Below are positions 58,401 through 64,000 of a DNA stretch of 64,000 nt, piece after piece (the first letter of the stretch is position 1; each line of letters starts with the position of its first letter). The DNA is from Phoronis australis (lineage: Eukaryota > Animalia > Phoronida): positions 127,839 through 191,838 of the forward strand of contig NMRA01000385.1 in assembly GCA_002633005.1 (NCBI GenBank), given 5' to 3'. Made by a program: the position numbers and the translations under genes. The notes under the pieces are model-generated. The model was not told the DNA's origin and did no database searches. It worked only from the letters and a program-made list of their open reading frames with translations.

Positions 58401-61400
58401 TTGTGACAATAAAAATCAATTATTTTGCTCAAGGTCGGAGCTTGTACCAAATTTTAACAATATACAATACCATCAGTATCAAGTTTCCAGAATTAGCGCA
58501 AAATCGGGCGAATCCAGAATTTTGAGTAAGGGGGGCCAGGGCTGAGTATTAACCAGGGTTTTGCCTGTCAGACTTTCGTACTCCCTAACTGCCAAATGGA
58601 ATCGGGGGGAATTTTAGGGGGGGGGGGCTTGGCCCCCTCTAAATTTGCCACTGAAAAATATTTTTCCCAATTTCATGGAATTGATATGGTCCGATAAAGG
58701 CCACTTCTGTTATGGGATTTTATTGCCAAGCATACTATGGTTAGACCCCAGTGGTCTTTTATTGCAGGTTTAACATGTGTGTTCTGCTTGACACCATTGA
58801 TTTAAATGTTAACCACATTGCTCACCTTTCCAGACAATCCACATCAACAATGATGGAACCATACACAGAGTGGAGTCGGTGGACAAGATCATTCTTAAGA
58901 ACAGAATCTCCCTGGCTCAAGTCTACCAGCATAACACAGAATATGAGGGACTGGCAGAGATACCTGAGGAAAGCAGTGGTGGTGTGTAAAACTTAAACCA
59001 AACACCTCAAAATTGAAAACGCTATGTTTACATTTTTTTCTTGTGGGGTAAATTGGAAATAGCCTTGAAACTTTTCTCAATCTTTTTAGAACACTCCTAT
59101 ACTACGCCAATGCTGTAAGTATGGAAAAAGGTAGGCGATGTATATGAGAGTTACTGCGGTATGTCCTAAAAAATTTGATGGTTTAAAAGGCGATTTTTGG
59201 GCTTGGCCTGGTTTATCACAAACTCCAAATCTATCAATTGTAGTTCTGTGTAAACACTCAAAGTTTTTTGTTGGCCAAATACTAAGGTGTTGGAATAAGC
59301 ACTGTGTGAGGCTATTGTATTTCAAAAAGCCTTCACTAACTTGATAGCAGACATTTGTTTCATTTCCCTGCATAAAACACTTCCAGTTAATTGATATTAA
59401 CGCCATGCATGTAAATCAAACAAATATAATTATGACTTGCACTTTTCGCCAGATTTCCCCACTTTATACACGATGTCGCACACTCATCTCCACTTGACCA
59501 ATCAACTATCTCACAGTGAACCAATCAAAATGGTCAGGGACATGCTGGTGAAGCAGTCAATTGAAGTTGAACAGGTGAGCTCACTCAAGGAGCTTGACAT
59601 AATTGAGGCAGTGTTTCACTGTAAGTGTCGGTGTGGTGTTTGTTAGGTGTGAACACAGTTGCATGCAGTTCAGTTGTTATCTGATCATGTTTCTCATTAT
59701 ACTTCATTCAATTTATGATATTGTTAGGTTAGAACATGTTTTTGCATTTTGTGCTCTCCAGCCTCCTTAGTGACACTGATATGGGGGGCAGTGAAGATTA
59801 AGTAAAACTATATTTATTTCCTTTTTTTTTCCAATTCATTCACAATAAAGCATCATCAAATACTTTTTTGTTTTTGTTACCGTGGATACCATCAGGCAAG
59901 ATTTTGACAAACTGATGGCATTCACAACAATGTTTGCAGAAGCTTTTGACAAATGAGCAAAGGGTAGAATGCGCATGTATGAAGAGATGAATTTCCCTTT
60001 AAAAGTTATGTTTCAAAGGCATATTACATCCTGTGTATCTTAATTGCATTACATGGTGTAGACCTTGTCAAATCTTACTTAAATTGCATGTCCTTCCAGC
60101 CCAAAGCCAAAGTTATCACAGATTCAGATGCTGCAATGACGGACATTGAGAAAGAGATGAACTGTAGCCGCATTACTCCTGTAAAAAGTATGTTCTAATT
60201 ATTTTTTTAGCACAATTGGTTTGCATTGCTTATGGTATGGAATAACTAGTGTTCATGTGGTGTAATATTGGCAATGTTTGTAGGAGTTTTAGTAACTATG
60301 AAGTAATGATATGGGCATGACTGATAACATCAGGCAAAGTGAGTTATATGAGCATGACATGACCTGAAAATCAATTTTTCTTCTGCACAATGCAATTCAT
60401 TCAGTTGAATGATACGTGCGTCGCAAGCTCGTTACCAGAGATAAAAAGGAGACTGAGGTAGGCAATATAAGGTCATTTATTATGACTAATACAATCACAA
60501 TATAACGAATACAGATAAGTAACATAAAAATGGTAATCTCTGATAAGATGGGCAATAAAAAAGCGCCACCTTCCTGTCATGTGTTGAAACCATTTCAGAA
60601 TACCCTTTGGTTTTTGCTCTTTAGTTTAGAAAAGTCGAATTTCATAGGAATGCTACTGCGGTACAACTATGATTAATTGTCACTCTAACTGACATGATGC
60701 TGTAACTCAAATGTTACACAGAATATTTTGAGGAATTTTGATGTTTATTGCAGCAAATACGAACAGGACTGACTGCATTCGACGTCTGAGAGTTACGCTG
60801 AAAGCTATGGTCGATGCAGACATTGAAAAGGTGGCAGAAAAATATCTCACAGTCCGCCCTAATTGTGAGAATGGAACAGTCTGTTTTCACGACCGCCATG
60901 TGATGATTGACATGATTGGTGCTCTAGACACGCCCATCTCCCAGCGAATGATACTGAAATATGTCTTCAAGAAACTTGAACAAGACACAGAGGAAATGCG
61001 CAAAGCCTTAATCCATTTCGCGACCTTGCAAAATCCTATTGAGGTAATGTTCATTAAAATAATTTGGCACACACTTTTTCCAATTAAATTGTTTTTCTAG
61101 TTAAACTTAAAAGGATACTAAATCTTCTTTTGATGATTTCAACCTATCTCCATTTTGTCACCTGCCAATGCATAAATGGTGTCAATCTTCCAAGTTAAAG
61201 GCAGGAATTCATTAAAAACCCTTATTCCCTGTGTCGCAGATTGGACATTTTGGTCCTTCAAGTTGGTGGGTGGTCGTTTCTCACAGTTGCTATGTTATTA
61301 GCTAAAACCGTAGGTTACACTCACCAGCCTAGCCAACTTTGAAAGGAGTTTTCAAATTTTTCTTCAAACTTTTGAGGGTTGTTGAGGGTTACGAAGCATT

Positions 61401-63547
61401 ATTCTGTTTCAGAGGATACGATGGGAAAGTTATTTTTAGTACCTGTTAATATGTCAAAACAAAACCAGGTTTGGTGTAACTTTAATAACTTGCTCATTGG
61501 AAGAGATGAATCTAATTATTCAAGCCACCTAAGGTTGTAAATCGGCCACATAGAGTCTGGTTGCAGGGTGAAAGGTTGAGCTTGTTTTTGGCGTGATCAA
61601 TAGCCATATCCCCAAAGTACCATGACTGCATCTGTTCTGACTCTGTGATAATTACCCACAATGCTTTTTGTGTGGGTCATTTGCCCAACCTTTAGATTGT
61701 TGTCCTGTGAATTACTGTTTTATCACAAAATTGTTTGCATATTGGTCATTCTTGTACTGGTTTGTTTACATCATGAGAGTTCCTACTACAAATTGTTAGA
61801 CTAGCACTTTGCCAATGCCATGAAAATTCACTATGATAGTGTTTGGTAAGTTGGTGTTTGTTTTACTATCAATAGATGGCACAGACTTAACGAAGAAGCA
61901 TTTAGAGTAGTGTCTCAAATCACCCTGTGGCACAGCTTTAACTCTTAAGATTTGACTTCAACCAGAATTTTGACAATTCTTTCAAATCAGTTGTGTATCG
62001 TTTTTTGTTGTTGTTATTTTCATTGTTATCATAGCTTTAATGTTTTTTTTTTCTGTTGTAGGCTTCAGTCAAAGCTGTAGAAGACCTTTGTTTCGGAAAA
62101 GATTTTGAATTCCACGGTAAGACTGAATCCGAAAGGTTTAAATTAATACCAAAAATATTTTTATTTGATTCTGTCTTTTAAAGGTACAGGTTTAGTTGCT
62201 TGCTAGTAGACCTCAATCCTCAGTGGCCTCAAAAGACTCTCAGACTAAATTCTTCGGCACTCAATTGGTCTTTGGTTTTGGGCACTTTTTGTATGTAAAT
62301 AGTAAAGTTTCAGGACTTGTGCTTGGCCGAATATTCCCCATGCTTGCACTCTTGTTGACTTCTTGTTTACTGCTGTGAACTGTTTTTAACATCTTCATTG
62401 CTGGGTATTGTAAAACATGAGTGCTCTTTAACATTTTACTGCATTTAGATTTAAGCAAAACAATAGAATTTCACCAAATAGCTAGAAATCGGCTTGTAAT
62501 TTCCAAATTTTGCCTTGGAGTAGACACCAAGCACATTTGTTTGCACTTAATGCGTTCTCAGTTATGTTTCTGTTCTCTTTTAACTTTCCTGAGAATTGGA
62601 AAAAAAATGGTGGGTCCTGGTTCTAATCTTTTTACTCGAAATCGAAAATATATTTATCACTTTCCTTTCATTAAATACAAACTCAGGATAATTATATATT
62701 GTTCTTGTACTTGAGGCTATTAGGCACGCCACAGTGTACGCCCAAATTCGCACCTGATGAGCTCTAGATTTGAGCTTCAAGCTTAAGTAGAAACTTGAGA
62801 TTTCTTGTAAAAACTTGAGAGTGAGACTGGAATTCATAGCTTTAATGGTGGTGTCATCGAAAGCAAAATAAGATTACACATTCATTGTCATAAACAATAA
62901 TATATTCAAACACAGAATGAACTAGGCACTTATTTTTAGTTGATGGAAAGGAACTTTAAAAATAGTTTTGAATTCAGTTTCGAATAAAGATATTACATCC
63001 TGGGACCAGGTCTATTTTCAAGTGGAGTCTCAAAATAAAGTTTGGATGTTTTTCCTTTCTCTTGTAGTTATCTCTTGAAAATGCCATCCCAATTAACACA
63101 GTTGTCTTAAGTTCTTTCTGATGTATTGACTAGTCTGCCAAAACAATGTGCACAGTGCTATTGCTGAAAAACGTAAATGAAGGCATTGATGGATGTATGC
63201 TTTCATGATATTTTAGGAACAAGAACAAATAATAATACTAATTTTTGTCTGCCAATTGCTAGCTGATCTATGATCTCTGTGTTGAAACTTCTGAAATAAC
63301 GCCATGGACATTTTTCCAAACTATATTTCTTCTTTCAGGTGTTAATTGAGTAAAAAATCATGTTTCTTTGAAACACTATGTACTTCAGGTATGGACATAG
63401 TTGTGCCGAATAGAACCAATGAGACTGCTACACTTCGACGTGCCTGCCTCACTGTTGGTGGAATGGCATCAAGTCTGAACAAAACCAACCCAGCGAGAGC
63501 TGCTCAGATTGTTGGCCATCTTACTACCTGGTTGGAGCGACACAATG
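43251..63547 (+). CDS. Gene 2 (3'-truncated by the window): secreted/membrane protein with an N-terminal vitellogenin-N/large lipid transfer-like region
   Basis: Signal peptide plus F.PG..Y.YTY.S; PFLF...G.I..V....EE...V...KKAI.S; E.D..G...Y; then a helical region (DMIGALDTPISQ..., RACLTVGGMA). Exons from 55119 on are phase-consistent. Confidence 0.75.
44003..44103 (-). mobile_element. tRNA-derived SINE head, copy 2
   Basis: Minus strand AGGCAGTGTGGCCCAGTGTG (A box) ... GGTTCGAGTCCC (B box); homologous to 27749-27848. Confidence 0.7.
45371..48195. mobile_element. Tc1/mariner-type element spanning an assembly gap
   Basis: Perfect 25-bp TIR CGGTAAAGTCGCGTGATTTTCGGAC / GTCCGAAAATCACGCGACTTTACCG, each flanked by TA. 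Confidence 0.85.
45836..46744. other. Assembly gap (N run)
   Basis: Run of N. Confidence 1.
49915..50100 (+). repeat. Dispersed repeat family C, copy 1 (inverted relative to 57292-57490)
   Basis: AGCCCCAGACAACTTTTA...CCCTTTGTATTGATGTAGAT..AGCTAATGAAGTGGAAAGG is the reverse complement of about 57355-57435. Confidence 0.8.
50123..50497. mobile_element. Foldback-like MITE with ~150-bp arms built of CACGG(A/G)CTCA sub-repeats and a 5-bp TSD
   Basis: CAAGGTAC...CACGGTCAACGGACTC vs GAGTCCGTTGACCGTGAGGTACCTTG; ATAAA on both flanks (50118-50122, 50498-50502). Confidence 0.85.
50748..50798 (+). CDS. Gene 2 candidate small exon (IGLQLHQHVKANKTLRA)
   Basis: Acceptor ttttccag|ATC; donor GCC|gttagt; phase 0->0. 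Confidence 0.55.
51050..51068 (+). CDS. Gene 2 candidate 19-nt micro-exon (VYNYNL)
   Basis: Acceptor tctttacag|GTG; donor CTAA|gtatgg; supplies the 0->1 phase change needed before 55119. Confidence 0.35.
51242..51625 (+). repeat. Dispersed repeat family D, copy 1 (inverted relative to 56335-56723)
   Basis: GTTAACTCTGATCAGCGTTTG, TCGATTTTTAAAAAT and GGGTCTTGCT.GCAC.GGACAATGCGGTCATCACAACT all appear reverse-complemented at 56335-56723. Confidence 0.85.
51885..51917 (+). CDS. Gene 2 candidate 33-nt micro-exon (LRIRHHENIDE)
   Basis: Acceptor aatttcag|TTA; donor GAA|gtaagc; open only in phase 0->0. Confidence 0.4.
52514..53531 (+). mobile_element. CAGTGGCGG-type TIR element, copy 2, with a 5-bp TSD
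   Basis: CAGTGGCGGATCTAGG ... CCTAAATCCGCCTATG; CCGTC on both flanks (52509-52513, 53532-53536); homologous to 41817-42487. Confidence 0.85.
55119..55155 (+). CDS. Gene 2 small exon (TTNPEKWDLTKP)
   Basis: Acceptor attttcag|TC; donor AACC|gtaagt; phase 1->2, joining the next exon as KP|FLF. Confidence 0.7.
55555..55675 (+). CDS. Gene 2 exon (FLFELTPVGLIEFVHVHPEEHDEVSMLKKAITSLLIAHKP), LLT-like motif
   Basis: Acceptor cttccag|G; donor CCT|gtaagt; phase 2->0. Confidence 0.85.
56335..56723 (-). repeat. Dispersed repeat family D, copy 2
   Basis: Reverse complement of 51242-51625. Confidence 0.85.
57292..57490 (-). repeat. Dispersed repeat family C, copy 2
   Basis: Reverse complement of 49915-50100. 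Confidence 0.8.
58043..58189 (+). CDS. Gene 2 exon (PGDSNKFKKREVDHGGSGEYEYEV...KDHDK)
   Basis: Acceptor tttatag|CCT; donor AAG|gtgacc; phase 0->0. Confidence 0.82.
58834..58981 (+). CDS. Gene 2 exon (TIHINNDGTIHRVESVDKIIL...EESSG)
   Basis: Acceptor ctttccag|ACA; donor GGTG|gtgtgt is slightly ambiguous; phase 0->1. Confidence 0.8.
59453..59574 (+). CDS. Gene 2 exon (DFPTLYTMSHTHLHL...SIEVEQ)
   Basis: Acceptor ttcgccag|AT; donor CAG|gtgagc; phase 1->0. Confidence 0.82.
60100..60187 (+). CDS. Gene 2 exon (PKAKVITDSDAAMTDIEKEMNCSRITPVK)
   Basis: Acceptor ccttccag|CCC; donor AAAA|gtatgt; phase 0->1. Confidence 0.82.
60415..60567 (+). repeat. Dispersed repeat family A, copy 3
   Basis: Homologous to 23596-23742. 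Confidence 0.75.
60754..61043 (+). CDS. Gene 2 exon, helical region (NRTDCIRRLRVTLKAM...DMIGALDTPISQRMILKYVF...QNPIE)
   Basis: Acceptor attgcag|CA; donor GAG|gtaatg; phase 1->0; lies inside ORF 60738-61100. Confidence 0.9.
62062..62116 (+). CDS. Gene 2 exon (ASVKAVEDLCFGKDFEFH)
   Basis: Long T tract then gtag|GCT; donor CACG|gtaaga; phase 0->1. Confidence 0.85.
63389..63547 (+). CDS. Gene 2 exon (GMDIVVPNRTNETATLRRACLTVGGMASSL...WLERHN)
   Basis: Acceptor tacttcag|GT; donor AATG|gtaaat; phase 1->1. Confidence 0.85.
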
Positions 63548-64000
63548 GTAAATCTCATGATTTGCTCGCTCTGGCTTTACACTTTGTATGAATATATATG
63601 GAGGACATTTCATAATGCGATAGTTGTGATGAGTGCTAAAATGTTGCAACGGCATCTTACATTGAAAGTTTGCTGAGATGTGCAGAAAGTGATTACATCA
63701 TACTTCTGGGATCTGTTTCATGAAATGTGACTTCAAGACTTCAAGACAAAAATTTGGTCTTATGCTTTCACTTCACACTGTCTTGCTTAAATTAGATTTA
63801 GCCAAGTATTTATGAACGCATGAACAGAAATAATTTATGGAAATTATCTCAGTATTTGGCAGTTTTCTGTATTTCTCAGAGACTGTACGTTTGCTCATTT
63901 GTGATTTAATTATTCCTCATAAATATTTACTTCAAGACTTGACATAATACGGTAGTGGTTTAATCACGTACACTTACACATTTGGTCAATCTGACAAAAT

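Overview
AT-rich, intron-rich eukaryotic DNA, most likely from an invertebrate animal; the taxon cannot be determined from the sequence. The scaffold has two N gaps. Most ORF-track entries are spurious, and the real coding content is two multi-exon + strand genes that I rebuilt by hand from AG/GT boundaries and phase continuity. Gene 1 starts upstream of the window. Its 19 phase-consistent exons (559-39462) encode about 1,836 aa, the C-terminal part of a giant type I membrane glycoprotein. In order it has a Thr-rich mucin segment, FN3/Ig-like modules, two furin-type sites, cadherin-like modules, a 4x ~82-aa Cys/N-glycan-rich array sitting inside an EGF-like domain, a second EGF-like unit, a TM helix, and a Ser/Pro/Arg-rich tail ending in a class I PDZ motif (WSEV*). 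Gene 2 starts at ATG 43251 and runs off the window. It has a signal peptide followed by a divergent vitellogenin-N/large-lipid-transfer-like region, encoded partly by micro-exons. The introns carry many non-autonomous TEs: MITEs, Helentron/HINE-like elements and a tRNA-SINE. The most notable oddities are a 7x51-bp minisatellite that multiplies a splice donor in frame, a HINE-like element carrying an array of CTCF-like motifs, and the Cys-rich array apparently amplified inside an EGF domain.
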